This document shows, piece after piece, positions 45,198-53,746 of a stretch of DNA of 64,000 nucleotides. The notes beneath the pieces are model-generated. The model saw nothing but the letters and a program-made list of their open reading frames with translations. It searched no databases and was not told where the DNA came from. Position 1 is the stretch's first letter. Each line of letters starts with the position of its first letter. Made by a program: the position numbers and the translations under genes. Origin of the DNA: Thermoplasmata archaeon (lineage in GTDB: Archaea; Thermoplasmatota; Thermoplasmata; Lutacidiplasmatales; UBA184); assembly GCA_022750375.1 (NCBI GenBank), contig JAKIVU010000002.1, positions 38,946 through 102,945 on the forward strand, written 5' to 3'.

Positions 45198-46447
45198 TCC
45201 CGGCGGACCTTCTCCTCACGGACGTCGGTGAGGTCGCGACGCTCGCGCGCGGGGCGGTGCCCCGGACCGGTGCCGCGATGCGCGAACTGAGCCTCGTCCA
45301 TGACGCGTCGATCGCGGTCGCCGATGGGCGTATCGTGTGGGTGGGTCCGGCCGGCCGTCGCGCCCGTTCCGTGCGCCTCGCCCCGGGAGGCTCGGTCGTC
45401 TCCGCCGACGGAGGCGTCGTCGTCCCGGGGTTCGTGGATGCCCACACGCACGTGCTGTTCGCCGGCGACCGGGCGTTCGAACTCCCCCTCAAGGTGGGGG
45501 GCGCGAGCTACGCCGAGATCGCCCGCCGCGGCGGGGGCCTCTACTCCACGGTCCGGGCGACCCGGGCCGCGTCGGACGCGGTGCTGATGCGGGAGAGTGG
45601 GGAACGACTCCGTCGGATGGTCGCCTACGGTTCGACTTCGATCGAGGTGAAGTCGGGGTACGCGCTCGACGTTCCGGGAGAGTTGCGCCTGCTCCGAATG
45701 ATCCCCCGGCTCGCCGAGCAACTGGGGGTCACGCTCGTGCCGACCTTCCTCGGCGCTCACGCCGTTCCGGAGACGTATCGGGGGCGCACGGACGACTACG
45801 TCGAACTGCTGGTTCGGCAGGCGCTCCCCGCCGTCGCCCGAGAAGGACTCGCTCGGTTCTGTGATGTGTTCTGCGAACCCGGATTTTTCACCGTGCGACA
45901 ATCGGAACGACTGCTTCGGGCGGCGCTGGGCCTCGGCCTCGCGGTGAAGGTGCACGCCGAGGAGTTCGTGCTCTCGGGCGGTGCCCGGCTCGCGGCGCGG
46001 CTGCGTGCGACGTCCGCCGAACACCTCCTGCGCGCGACCGCCGAGGACCGGCGTCGGCTCGCCGCGGCCGGCGTGACGGCGGTGCTGCTCCCCCTCACGG
46101 CATTCACCGCGTCGCCCGCCCGCCGAAGCCCCGGGCGCGAGATGGTCGATGCGGGAGTGCCGGTCGCTCTCGGCACGGACTGCTCCCCGAACTCCTGGGT
46201 CGAGTCGATGCCCCTCGTCCTCGCCCACGCGGTCCACGGCGGCGGGCTCACGCCGGCCGAGGCGCTGACCGCGGCGACCGTCAATGCGGCCCACGCGGTC
46301 GGTCTCGAGGGCGGCGGACGGCTGGTCGCCGGCGCCCCCGCCGATTTCGCCGTGTTCTCGACCGATTCCGTCGACCAGCTCGGCTACCGGTTCGACGCGA
46401 TTCCGAGCGCGGTTTATCGTCAGGGAAAACGCGTTTCTCCCTCGTAA
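45194..46447 (+). CDS. hutI: Imidazolonepropionase-like amidohydrolase
   Basis: The ATG overlaps the rnz stop (ATGA). Motifs: VVPGFVDAHTHVLFAG, IEVKSGYAL, TFLGAHAVP, KVHAEE, and ALGTDCSPNS. No other hut genes are nearby, so the substrate assignment is tentative. Confidence 0.7.
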   Translation: MIPADLLLTDVGEVATLARGAVPRTGAAMRELSLVHDASIAVADGRIVWVGPAGRRARSVRLAPGGSVVSADGGVVVPGFVDAHTHVLFAGDRAFELPLKVGGASYAEIARRGGGLYSTVRATRAASDAVLMRESGERLRRMVAYGSTSIEVKSGYALDVPGELRLLRMIPRLAEQLGVTLVPTFLGAHAVPETYRGRTDDYVELLVRQALPAVAREGLARFCDVFCEPGFFTVRQSERLLRAALGLGLAVKVHAEEFVLSGGARLAARLRATSAEHLLRATAEDRRRLAAAGVTAVLLPLTAFTASPARRSPGREMVDAGVPVALGTDCSPNSWVESMPLVLAHAVHGGGLTPAEALTAATVNAAHAVGLEGGGRLVAGAPADFAVFSTDSVDQLGYRFDAIPSAVYRQGKRVSPS

Positions 46448-46461
46448 CTCCGTCAGTACAT

Positions 46462-46469
46462 CTAAATAG
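46462..46469 (+). promoter_or_regulatory. TATA-like box (ctaaatag) about 38 nt upstream of ATG 46504
   Basis: AAATAGG core. The same octamer core recurs at 46804. Confidence 0.45.
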
Positions 46470-46503
46470 GACCCCTTTCTCTCTCGGCGATAGAGGTCGC
46501 CAA

Positions 46504-46719
46504 ATGTCCGAAAAAGTGGGCAAAGAGCAGATCAAGCGCGAGAAGGGCTACCTGTATTACCTGGGCAAGGACGGGTACCTCTGGAAGACGCCGACCAAGC
46601 TGAACAAGTCCGGCAAGAAGGCGCGTGTCGGGACCGAGAAAGTCGTGCGGGCGGATGGCTACATGTACTTCCTCGACAAGAAGGGATTCATCTCCCGCGC
46701 CAAGATGAAGAACGCCTGA
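46504..46719 (+). CDS. Small lysine-rich protein with two GY(L/M)Y(Y/F)LxKxG(Y/F) repeats (71 aa)
   Basis: MSEKVGKEQIKREKGYLYYLGKDGYLWKTPTKLNKSGKKARVGTEKVVRADGYMYFLDKKGFISRAKMKNA. GC is visibly lower, the ATG is clean, and the gene has its own TATA-like box and a hairpin plus T8 terminator. Confidence 0.65.
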   Translation: MSEKVGKEQIKREKGYLYYLGKDGYLWKTPTKLNKSGKKARVGTEKVVRADGYMYFLDKKGFISRAKMKNA

Positions 46720-46741
46720 TCCGACACACCCTTTCCGGGGG

Positions 46742-46777
46742 CCTCCCTTCGGGGAGGTTCCCCTCGACATTTTTTTT
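46742..46777 (+). terminator. Stem-loop (cctccc-ttcg-gggagg) followed by a T8 tract
   Basis: Perfect 6-bp GC stem with a UUCG loop at 46742-46757, extendable by flanking G/C pairs. An eight-T run at 46770-46777 lies 23-58 nt after the stop of the 46504 gene. It is the only convincing oligo-T tract in an intergenic region of this window. Confidence 0.55.
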
Positions 46778-46803
46778 CTGCGACGGGCACTCGGACGCAG
46801 TTC

Positions 46804-46811
46804 GCAAATAG
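46804..46811 (+). promoter_or_regulatory. TATA-like box (gcaaatag) about 36 nt upstream of GTG 46844
   Basis: Shares the AAATAGGA core with the box at 46462. Confidence 0.35.
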
Positions 46812-46843
46812 GAGGACGCCGTCGACCGCGCGGGAGAGTCTCC

Positions 46844-47017
46844 GTGAGCTGTCGTAACGACCCCGACGATCCGCGAAAGTGCGAGCGCTGCGGGGCGTTC
46901 CTGTGGGTCGCGGAGGAAGGACTCTACTGTGGGGACTGCGGCAGCGTGATGCCGTGCACGATGCGCGTGCTTCCGTTGCCGCCCGAACCGGTCCCGCGTT
47001 CGACGCGGCCGGTCTAA
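46844..47017 (+). CDS. Putative small zinc-ribbon protein (57 aa)
   Basis: Manual translation from GTG: VSCRNDPDDPRKCERCGAFLWVAEEGLYCGDCGSVMPCTMRVLPLPPEPVPRSTRPV*, with CxxC..CxxC. Below the ORF-track cutoff. Its end overlaps the convergent membrane gene by 4 nt. Confidence 0.35.
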   Translation: MSCRNDPDDPRKCERCGAFLWVAEEGLYCGDCGSVMPCTMRVLPLPPEPVPRSTRPV

Positions 47018-48054
47018 CCCGCGCCCGCGGGGACGGCGGACGCCGGTGTGCCCCGGGACCCACTGTACCGTCGCCAGAGGGAGTAGAAGAACATCACGAA
47101 CAGCACGTCCGCGACAAGCACGATCGGAATCAGGATCTGGGCGATGAGGCCAAAGAGGAATATCGGCGCCAGCGCCCCGAGCGCGAGCATCACGAGCTGC
47201 GCTTCGTTGTGGGACCTCCCGACGCCGCGGCGGACGGCGAAGAACAGGGCACCGGAGATCGCGATCTCGAGCACTCCCACCGCCGGAGCGCCGAGCGGGG
47301 TGTGCTCGCCGATCCCGGGCACGAGCACGATGATCGGGTACCACACGAGTCCGAGCAGGAAACAAAGCGGTGGCCCGTAGCGCGGTCCTTCCGAGGTCGG
47401 GTCAAGTAAGTTCGCCGGAAGCCGGTAGGCGAGGTACGCGAGTCCCAGTGCGACCAGCACTCCCAGCACCTCGAGCAACCCGCCGACGGGGTAGTAGTGC
47501 TCGATGGCGGCGAGCACTGCGATGTCGACGACGAAGATCGCGAGGGCCACCCCCACCTGTCCGTTCGTGAGGAGCGGACGTCCGCGAGTTTCGGGGAGTG
47601 CGAGCCCGAGCAGTAGGATCGGGAGCCCGATGCTGAGCACGACGTGGATCTGGAGGACGCCGATCACCCAGACCCAGTTGACTCCGAGATAGTGGCCGTA
47701 GGAGCCGAGGCCCCCGACGACCGACGCTTTCGGATTGAAGAGCGTGGTGAGGCCGGTCCCCTCCTCGAGTATACCGTATCCGGCCCCGAGCGCCAGGACG
47801 GCCGCCCAGCTTTTTCTCCACCGAACGAGCGCCTCGCGGATCAGGAGTACGCCCGGCCCATAGAGACCGAGATTCAGGGCGAGGAAGAGGAGGAACACCG
47901 GCAGGTACGCGACGATCCCTTCGAAGGAGGACGACCCCGAGAGGTACTCGGGGATCCCGGGGGAGAGGCAGAGCAGGAAGAGCACCGGATGGCGGCGGAA
48001 GAAAGCGACAAACTTCGGGAACGGCGTCGCCGGAGCGACGGACGGGAGGCTCAC
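47014..48054 (-). CDS. Polytopic membrane protein, function unknown
   Basis: About 9-10 hydrophobic helices, for example VLFLLCLSPGIPEYL, LPVFLLFLALNLGLYGPGVLLI, VWVIGVLQIHVVLSIGLPILLLGL. I prefer GTG 48054 because a TATA-like box lies about 26 nt upstream. The listed ORF extends to 48192. Confidence 0.7.
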   Translation of the reverse strand: MSLPSVAPATPFPKFVAFFRRHPVLFLLCLSPGIPEYLSGSSSFEGIVAYLPVFLLFLALNLGLYGPGVLLIREALVRWRKSWAAVLALGAGYGILEEGTGLTTLFNPKASVVGGLGSYGHYLGVNWVWVIGVLQIHVVLSIGLPILLLGLALPETRGRPLLTNGQVGVALAIFVVDIAVLAAIEHYYPVGGLLEVLGVLVALGLAYLAYRLPANLLDPTSEGPRYGPPLCFLLGLVWYPIIVLVPGIGEHTPLGAPAVGVLEIAISGALFFAVRRGVGRSHNEAQLVMLALGALAPIFLFGLIAQILIPIVLVADVLFVMFFYSLWRRYSGSRGTPASAVPAGAG

Positions 48055-48076
48055 GGGCCCGTCGTGGTCGAACGAC

Positions 48077-48084
48077 CTACATAG
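48077..48084 (-). promoter_or_regulatory. TATA-like box (ctatgtag on minus strand) about 26 nt upstream of GTG 48054
   Basis: AT-rich octamer at leaderless spacing. It supports the shorter start for the membrane gene. Confidence 0.35.
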
Positions 48085-48356
48085 ACCCGCGTCACCGGCG
48101 GAAAAATCGAATGAGTTCTTCCGGAGGAACGGCTTGTGCGCTTCGAGCGACGCGTTCCGACGCCGTCGGAGCACGGCTCCGACCGAGTACACTTATACCA
48201 CCTCGCACTAAGCGCCAGCCGGAGGAACTCGACGGGTGTCCCGAGCGGCACCGGCTGCGTCCCATTCCACCGCCGGCCGGCGGGAAACGGCCCCACTTCG
48301 GGGGCGTTTCGCGAACTGGCCCGCAGTGGAATAGGCTCACCCGGTGATCTCGTCTC

Positions 48357-48380
48357 GACCCGGACCATCTCGGTCGGGTC
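48357..48380 (+). promoter_or_regulatory. Hairpin in the nrdJ 5' leader
   Basis: gacccggacc / atctc / ggtcgggtc forms a 9-10 bp stem with one bulge. It ends about 20 nt before the nrdJ ATG and just before a GGAG purine tract (gaaggagtga). Confidence 0.3.
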
Positions 48381-48401
48381 CTCTTGAAGGAGTGAGCCTC
48401 A

Positions 48402-51188
48402 ATGGCCGTCGCACGAAAACGCCCTACCGCCGCCTCCGAGGAGCCGGTCGCACGACCGTCCGCCCGGATCGGGAGAGAACCGATTCCCGTCTCGCGCCTC
48501 GTCCCCCGCGGCAAGACCGCGTTCGACACCGTACAGTGGCGGAGCCACGACGCGGTGATCAAGAACGCCGAAGGGAGCGTCATCTTCGAGCAGAAAGGGA
48601 TCCGGGCCCCGGTCTCCTGGTCGGAGACGAGCGTCAACATCGCCGCGTCCAAGTACTTCCGGATCATCCAGGGTCGGCGGGAGACCGCGATCGACGGGAT
48701 GATCCGTCGGGTCTGTCACTGGATCTCCCAGAAAGGGGTCGAGCTCGGCTACATCGACACCTCGGACGAAGCGACGACGTTCGAGGAGAGCCTCGCCTAT
48801 CTCATGGTGCAGCAGATGGCGGCGTTCAACAGCCCCGTCTGGTTCAACGTCGGGGTACGGGAACCGCCCCAGTGCTCCGCCTGCTTCATCCAATCGGTCG
48901 CCGACGACATGGATTCGATCCTCGCCCTCGCGACCAGCGAGGGCCGACTGTTCAAGGGCGGCAGCGGGACGGGCTCGAACCTCTCCTCGCTGCGCGGCAG
49001 CAAGGAGAAGCTCGCGGGCGGCGGCATCGCGAGCGGTCCGGTCTCGTTCATGCGGGCGTTCGACGCCCTCGCGGGCGTCATCAAATCCGGCGGCACGACG
49101 CGCCGGGCGGCGAAGATGGTCATCCTCAACATGGACCACCCGGACATCCAGGATTTCATCGACTGCAAGGTCCGGGAAGAGGACAAGGCGCTCGCGCTCA
49201 TCCGCGAGGGATACTCCTCCAACTTCGACGGCACCGACCCCGACTCGGCGTACGCCTCCATCGCCTACCAGAACGCGAACCACTCCGTGCGGATCCCCGA
49301 CTCGTTCATGGAGGCGGTCATCCGGGACGGCGAGTGGAAGACGACCAACCGGACCGACCACACGGTCGCCGGTGCGTTCCGGGCGCGGGAGCTCTGGCGC
49401 AAGCTCGCCTACGCGGCGTGGCGGTGCGGCGACCCCGGCGTGCAGTTCGACGACATCACGAACGATTGGCACACCTGCTCGATGACCGGCCGGATCAACG
49501 CGTCCAACCCGTGCAGCGAGTACCTGTTCCTGGACGACACGGCCTGCAACCTCGCGTCGATCAACCTGATGAAGTTCCTCGACCCGAAGGGGCTCCTGGA
49601 CGTCGAGATGTACCGGCAGGCGGTCCGGACGATGATCCTCGCGATGGAGATCCTCGTCGACGCCTCCAGCTATCCGACCCCGTCGATCGCGCAGAACTCG
49701 CACGACTTCCGGCCGCTCGGTCTCGGCTACGCGAACCTGGGCTCGCTCCTGATGCACTACGGCCTCGCCTACGATTCGGATGCCGGCCGGACGCTCGCCG
49801 CCGCGGTCTCGGCGTTCCTCTCGGCGGAAGGGTACCACATGTCGAGCGAGATCGCGAAGCGCATGGGTCCGTTCGCCGGCTTCGAGAAGAACCGTACCCC
49901 GATGCTGCGCGTGATGGGCAAGCACGCGAAGTCGGCCGAGCAGATCCCGATCAACGATGCGCGCCTCACCGGATTCGTCCAGGCGGCGATCGACCGCTGG
50001 CACGACACCGCGAAGGCCGGCGAGCTCTGGGGCTACCGGAACGCGCAGATCTCCGTGATCGCGCCGACGGGAACGATCGGCCTCCTGATGGGCTGCGACA
50101 CGCTCGGGCTCGAACCCGAGCTCTCGCTCGTGAAGACCAAGAACCTGGTCGGCGGCGGGGTGATCCGGATGGTCAACCGCACCGTGCCGGACGGGCTCTC
50201 GAGCCTCGGCTACACTCCGGACGAGATCCGCGCGGTCACCCAGCACGTCGAGAAGACCGGCGCGATCGAAGGCGCCCCGATCCTCAAGCCCGCGGACCTC
50301 CCGGTCTTCGACTGCGCGCTCGCGCCCGCCGGGAGCACGCGGACGATCCCGCCCATGGGCCACCTGAAAATGCTCGCGTCGGTCCAGCCGTTCCTCTCCG
50401 GCGGGGCGTCCAAGACGATCAACCTCCCGAACGAGGCGACGGTCGAGGACATCGAGAAGATCTACCTCGAGGCGTGGCGCCACGGCATCAAGTCGGTCGC
50501 GCTCTACCGCGACGGCTGCAAGGCGAGCCAACCGTTCGAGACCGGCAAGGGACGGGCCGGCGCGCCCGGCGGCCCGCGCGGGCCGACCCGCGAACGCCTG
50601 CCGGACGAGCGGGACGCGCTCACGCACCATTTCTCGGTCGGAGGGCACGACGGCTACGTCACGGTCGGGCTCTATCCCGATGGCCGCCCGGGCGAGATCT
50701 TCTTCCGCGTCACGAAGGAAGGCTCGACCGTCAACGGCCTCATGGACTCGCTCGGGATCTCGATGTCGATGGCGCTCCAGCACGGAGTGCCGTTGAAGGA
50801 CCTCGTGCGGAAGCTCGCGCACCTTCGGTTCGAGCCGGCGGGAGCGACCAACAACCCGAAGATCCGGTTCGCGAAATCGATCCCCGACTACGTCGCGCGC
50901 TGGCTCGCGATCGAGTTCCTCACGGAGGACGAGCGCCGGTCGATCGGCCTCGAAGGCCCCGCCGCCGAACCGAACGGGAACGGCCACGGGACGTCCGCCG
51001 CCACGAAACCGTCCGCCCCGGGACAGACCGTGAAGTTCGAGACCCGCGTCCTCGACACGTTCTCGGGCGAGCCGCAGGGGGGCGTCAGCGAAGACTCCCC
51101 GTCGTGCGCGATCTGCGGCGGGATCATGGTCCGGTCGGGCACCTGCTACGCGTGCACGGTCTGCGGGTCGACGAGCGGCTGCTCGTAG
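48402..51188 (+). CDS. nrdJ: Adenosylcobalamin-dependent (class II) ribonucleotide reductase
   Basis: FDTVQWRSHDAVI, SNPCSEYLFLDDTACNLASINL (active-site Cys and Glu), and SKTINLPNEATVEDI. The C-terminal zinc-ribbon tail is CAICGGIMVRSGTCYACTVCGSTSGCS. Confidence 0.95.
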   Translation: MAVARKRPTAASEEPVARPSARIGREPIPVSRLVPRGKTAFDTVQWRSHDAVIKNAEGSVIFEQKGIRAPVSWSETSVNIAASKYFRIIQGRRETAIDGMIRRVCHWISQKGVELGYIDTSDEATTFEESLAYLMVQQMAAFNSPVWFNVGVREPPQCSACFIQSVADDMDSILALATSEGRLFKGGSGTGSNLSSLRGSKEKLAGGGIASGPVSFMRAFDALAGVIKSGGTTRRAAKMVILNMDHPDIQDFIDCKVREEDKALALIREGYSSNFDGTDPDSAYASIAYQNANHSVRIPDSFMEAVIRDGEWKTTNRTDHTVAGAFRARELWRKLAYAAWRCGDPGVQFDDITNDWHTCSMTGRINASNPCSEYLFLDDTACNLASINLMKFLDPKGLLDVEMYRQAVRTMILAMEILVDASSYPTPSIAQNSHDFRPLGLGYANLGSLLMHYGLAYDSDAGRTLAAAVSAFLSAEGYHMSSEIAKRMGPFAGFEKNRTPMLRVMGKHAKSAEQIPINDARLTGFVQAAIDRWHDTAKAGELWGYRNAQISVIAPTGTIGLLMGCDTLGLEPELSLVKTKNLVGGGVIRMVNRTVPDGLSSLGYTPDEIRAVTQHVEKTGAIEGAPILKPADLPVFDCALAPAGSTRTIPPMGHLKMLASVQPFLSGGASKTINLPNEATVEDIEKIYLEAWRHGIKSVALYRDGCKASQPFETGKGRAGAPGGPRGPTRERLPDERDALTHHFSVGGHDGYVTVGLYPDGRPGEIFFRVTKEGSTVNGLMDSLGISMSMALQHGVPLKDLVRKLAHLRFEPAGATNNPKIRFAKSIPDYVARWLAIEFLTEDERRSIGLEGPAAEPNGNGHGTSAATKPSAPGQTVKFETRVLDTFSGEPQGGVSEDSPSCAICGGIMVRSGTCYACTVCGSTSGCS

Positions 51189-51219
51189 GCGCTCCGCGCG
51201 CCGAACGGCGCAACCCTTT

Positions 51220-52797
51220 CTACAGCCGGCCCGCCGAGACGGGGGGCGCGGCGTCCTTCTCGGGCGCGAGGCTCGGCGCACCGCTCTGCTGACCGGAGCG
51301 GCTCCCGTCCGCGAGGAACCGGAAGTTCCGGAGCCCGAGCGAGAGAAGCGCGCCGATCATCCCGAACGCGGCGACGATCCCGAAGACGAACTCGTAGCCG
51401 ACGACGTGGTAGTTCTGGAACGACCCGAACGGGGTGACGATCGTGAAGGCGTAGCTCGCGAGGATCGAGGTGACGAGGACCGGTCCGATCGCCGAGCCGA
51501 GGTTCCGGAACGTCTGGTTCATGCCGGTCTGGACCCCCATCGTCCGCGGGTCGACCGAGAGGACGATGACGTTCGTCATCGCGATCAGGACCGCGACGTT
51601 GCCGACCATGATCGGGACCGCGAGCACCGCGATGTCGTAGATCGACCGGTTGAACGTGACGAGCCCGAGCGCCCCCACGATGATCAGGACGAAGCCGAGG
51701 ATCATGATCGGCTTCGGACCGTAGGCGCCGATCGCCCGCCCGAGGAACGGGCCGGTGATCATCATGCCGAACACGGCGGGAATGAAGACGAGCGCCGCGG
51801 TGAGCTCGCTCAGGCCGTAGCCCGGCGACGGGTATTCCCCGAGGATGATCAGGACGGTGAACAGGAGGAACATCGTCATTCCGACGAACACTCCGTTCAC
51901 GTTCGAGATCCAGATGTTCCGCTCCTTCAACGACTGGAACGAGACGACCGGGCTCGACGCGCGGGGCTCCCAGAAGAGGAAGAACGCGAACGCGAGGAGC
52001 GAGAGCAGCAGGAACTCCGGCACGCCCCAGGGGAGACCGTGGAACGTGACCGCCGAGACGGTCGTCCATCCCCAGTACGCTCCCTCCGTGATGCCGAGCA
52101 TCAGGAAGGCGAGGCCGGCGCCGAGGCTCACGATGCCGGGGAAATCGATCTTTCGCTGGAGTCGGATCTGGGATTCGCGGATGAAGACGGCCGCCAGAAT
52201 GAACACGAGGATCGCGACCGGGATGACCGTGTGGTAGGTCAGCTGCCAGCCGTACGTCTGGGCGATCCAACCCCCGCCGACGAGACCCGCCGCGGCGCCC
52301 GTCGCGAACATCCCGGAGAGGAGTCCCTGCGCCTGCCCGACCCGGGCGGGCGGAAAGACCTCGGGGAGCATCGCGAATCCGAGGGGGAACATCGCCATCC
52401 CGACGCCCTGCACCGCACGCACCGCGATCAGCACGTAGATCTGGTCCGGACGGCTCACGCCGAAGGCGCCACCGATCTGGGGAGTGAACCCCGCAATGCT
52501 CACGGCGACGGCGTAGACGCCCATCGCCACGAGGAGGACCCGCTTCTTCCCGTAGATGTCGCCGAGCTTGCCGAAGATCGGTGTCACGACGACGCCGACG
52601 AGCAGGTAGGCGGAGAGGATCCAAGCGATCGTGCTCGAGTCGTAGACGTGGAAGAACGATTCGAAATTGCTGAACGCCGGCAACACCATCGTCTCGACGT
52701 AGGTGACCATGATGGCCATCCCCGCGAGGATCAACAGGACCGTCGTGGCGTACCGGGAGTCGTAGACCCTCGGTGCGGTCGGGTTCGCGGTGCTCAT
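51220..52797 (-). CDS. MFS transporter (14-TM drug/H+ antiporter-like)
   Basis: Start at ATG 52797 (MSTANPTAPRVYDSRYATTVLLILAGMAIM..), overlapping the MarR stop (ATGA). Contains the GKLGDIYGKKRVLL motif and about 14 hydrophobic helices. Confidence 0.9.
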   Translation of the reverse strand: MSTANPTAPRVYDSRYATTVLLILAGMAIMVTYVETMVLPAFSNFESFFHVYDSSTIAWILSAYLLVGVVVTPIFGKLGDIYGKKRVLLVAMGVYAVAVSIAGFTPQIGGAFGVSRPDQIYVLIAVRAVQGVGMAMFPLGFAMLPEVFPPARVGQAQGLLSGMFATGAAAGLVGGGWIAQTYGWQLTYHTVIPVAILVFILAAVFIRESQIRLQRKIDFPGIVSLGAGLAFLMLGITEGAYWGWTTVSAVTFHGLPWGVPEFLLLSLLAFAFFLFWEPRASSPVVSFQSLKERNIWISNVNGVFVGMTMFLLFTVLIILGEYPSPGYGLSELTAALVFIPAVFGMMITGPFLGRAIGAYGPKPIMILGFVLIIVGALGLVTFNRSIYDIAVLAVPIMVGNVAVLIAMTNVIVLSVDPRTMGVQTGMNQTFRNLGSAIGPVLVTSILASYAFTIVTPFGSFQNYHVVGYEFVFGIVAAFGMIGALLSLGLRNFRFLADGSRSGQQSGAPSLAPEKDAAPPVSAGRL

Positions 52798-53282
52798 GCG
52801 CCGACTCCCGGGCGGCCGCCCGTCGCGTCGAGGTGGCGGTTCAATTCTCGAAAGACGCGGACCGCGGTCGTGACGTCCTCGGCCGGCAACTCGGCGGCGG
52901 CGTCCGCCATCATCCGACCGATCCGGCCCCACAGGCGGGCCTCGACCCGGCGCCCCTTCGGCGTCAGCGTGAGCACCACGGCGCGGCGGTCCCGCACCGA
53001 CCGTTGGCGCGTGAGCAGGCCGGCGCGCTCCAGGTCATCGACCTTCGCACAGACCGTCGGGGCCGACACCGAGAGGTACCGCGCCACGGTGGTCAGCGAC
53101 GCCGATTGAAGGCTCGACACGAGGTGCATCGCCCAGAACTGTCCCATCGTGATCCCTTCGGCCTCGAGGGCGGGGTGGGACCGGCGGAGGACCGATTGCA
53201 TGACCCCGTGCACCGCCGCGACGAGCTGGTCGGCGTCGCCGGGGGATGCGTCTCGTCGAGCAAGGGCAGCGGTCGCGACCAT
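52794..53282 (-). CDS. MarR-family transcriptional regulator
   Basis: wHTH LTTVARYLSVSAPTVCAKVDDLERAGLLTRQRSVRDRRAVVLTLTPKG. 162 aa, lying upstream of the MFS gene. Confidence 0.9.
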   Translation of the reverse strand: MVATAALARRDASPGDADQLVAAVHGVMQSVLRRSHPALEAEGITMGQFWAMHLVSSLQSASLTTVARYLSVSAPTVCAKVDDLERAGLLTRQRSVRDRRAVVLTLTPKGRRVEARLWGRIGRMMADAAAELPAEDVTTAVRVFRELNRHLDATGGRPGVGA

Positions 53283-53310
53283 GAGGACTCCTAAGTATTA
53301 GGACTCCTAA
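53282..53310 (-). promoter_or_regulatory. Two tandem 13-bp palindromic sites (TTAGGA-N-TCCTAA), probable MarR operator
   Basis: ttaggactcctaa at 53298-53310, and tgaggactcctaa at 53282-53294 with one mismatch. The centres are 16 bp apart, between the TATA-like atataa (53321-53326) and the MarR ATG (53282). Confidence 0.5.
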
Positions 53311-53320
53311 TGATTAGAGC

Positions 53321-53326
53321 ATATAA
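53321..53326 (-). promoter_or_regulatory. TATA box candidate (ttatat on minus strand) for the marR-MFS operon
   Basis: AT-rich hexamer about 41 nt upstream of the MarR ATG. The whole 53283-53335 spacer is markedly AT-rich. Confidence 0.4.
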
Positions 53327-53338
53327 CGATTCCGAGGG

Positions 53339-53746
53339 CTAGGCGAGCGCGTACCGCGCGAGCTCCACGAGGTCCGTAAGGCGGGGCCGGGAGTCGGTCG
53401 GGACGGCGACCCCGCCCCAGGCGGCGACGATCGCCCCCGACGGGAAGGCGGCGTCCGTGCCGGCGTTCTGCGCTCCGAGCGCCGACGGCGGGCCGCGACG
53501 GTCGACCTCGAGCACGACCACCAGCGCGCCGACCGGACCCGAATCGACCGCGAGTCCGGCCCGGGGCCCGGTCCCCCACTCCTCGACCCGCGCCTCCTCG
53601 TCGTTCAGGTGGGCGATCCGGGCCCGTCGGCCCGCGGGCCGCTTGCCTCCTTTCGGCGCGGGCCGCCAGGCGATGCGGCCGCCGGCGTCCCGGTACCGGG
53701 CCAACAGCCCGGCGTCGATCCGCAACGGCTCGGCCGAGGCGGTCAC
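53339..53746 (-). CDS. Hypothetical protein (135 aa)
   Basis: GTG 53746 overlaps the stop of the upstream DUF2400 gene (GTGA). Sequence: VTASAEPLRIDAGLLARYRDAGGRIAWRPAPKGG..EEARVEEWGTGPRAGLAVDSGPVGALVVVLEV..LTDLVELARYALA. No family recognised. Only the 3' part of listed ORF 53339..54331 is used. Confidence 0.45.
   Translation of the reverse strand: MTASAEPLRIDAGLLARYRDAGGRIAWRPAPKGGKRPAGRRARIAHLNDEEARVEEWGTGPRAGLAVDSGPVGALVVVLEVDRRGPPSALGAQNAGTDAAFPSGAIVAAWGGVAVPTDSRPRLTDLVELARYALA

Noticed and set aside
48240-48340. Possible cobalamin riboswitch upstream of the B12-dependent RNR (GGGAAAcGG ... CCCGCAGTGG resembles parts of the B12 element)
   Set aside because: The match is only partial and gapped, and the B12-box consensus is not reproduced. 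Cobalamin riboswitches typically repress B12-independent isozymes or transporters rather than nrdJ, and as far as I know they have not been established in archaea. I kept the region only as a generic structured-leader finding. An Infernal scan with RF00174 would settle it.
48344-51292. 982-aa plus-strand and 960-aa minus-strand ORFs overlapping nrdJ
   Set aside because: Alternative-frame and antisense artefacts. Only the 48402-51188 frame has RNR class II motifs (NPCSEY and others).
51146-53109. ORFs 51146-52624 (-) and 51406-53109 (+) overlapping the MFS and MarR genes
   Set aside because: The translations are highly charged and Arg/Asp-rich, without TM helices or motifs. The MFS frame shows about 14 hydrophobic helices.
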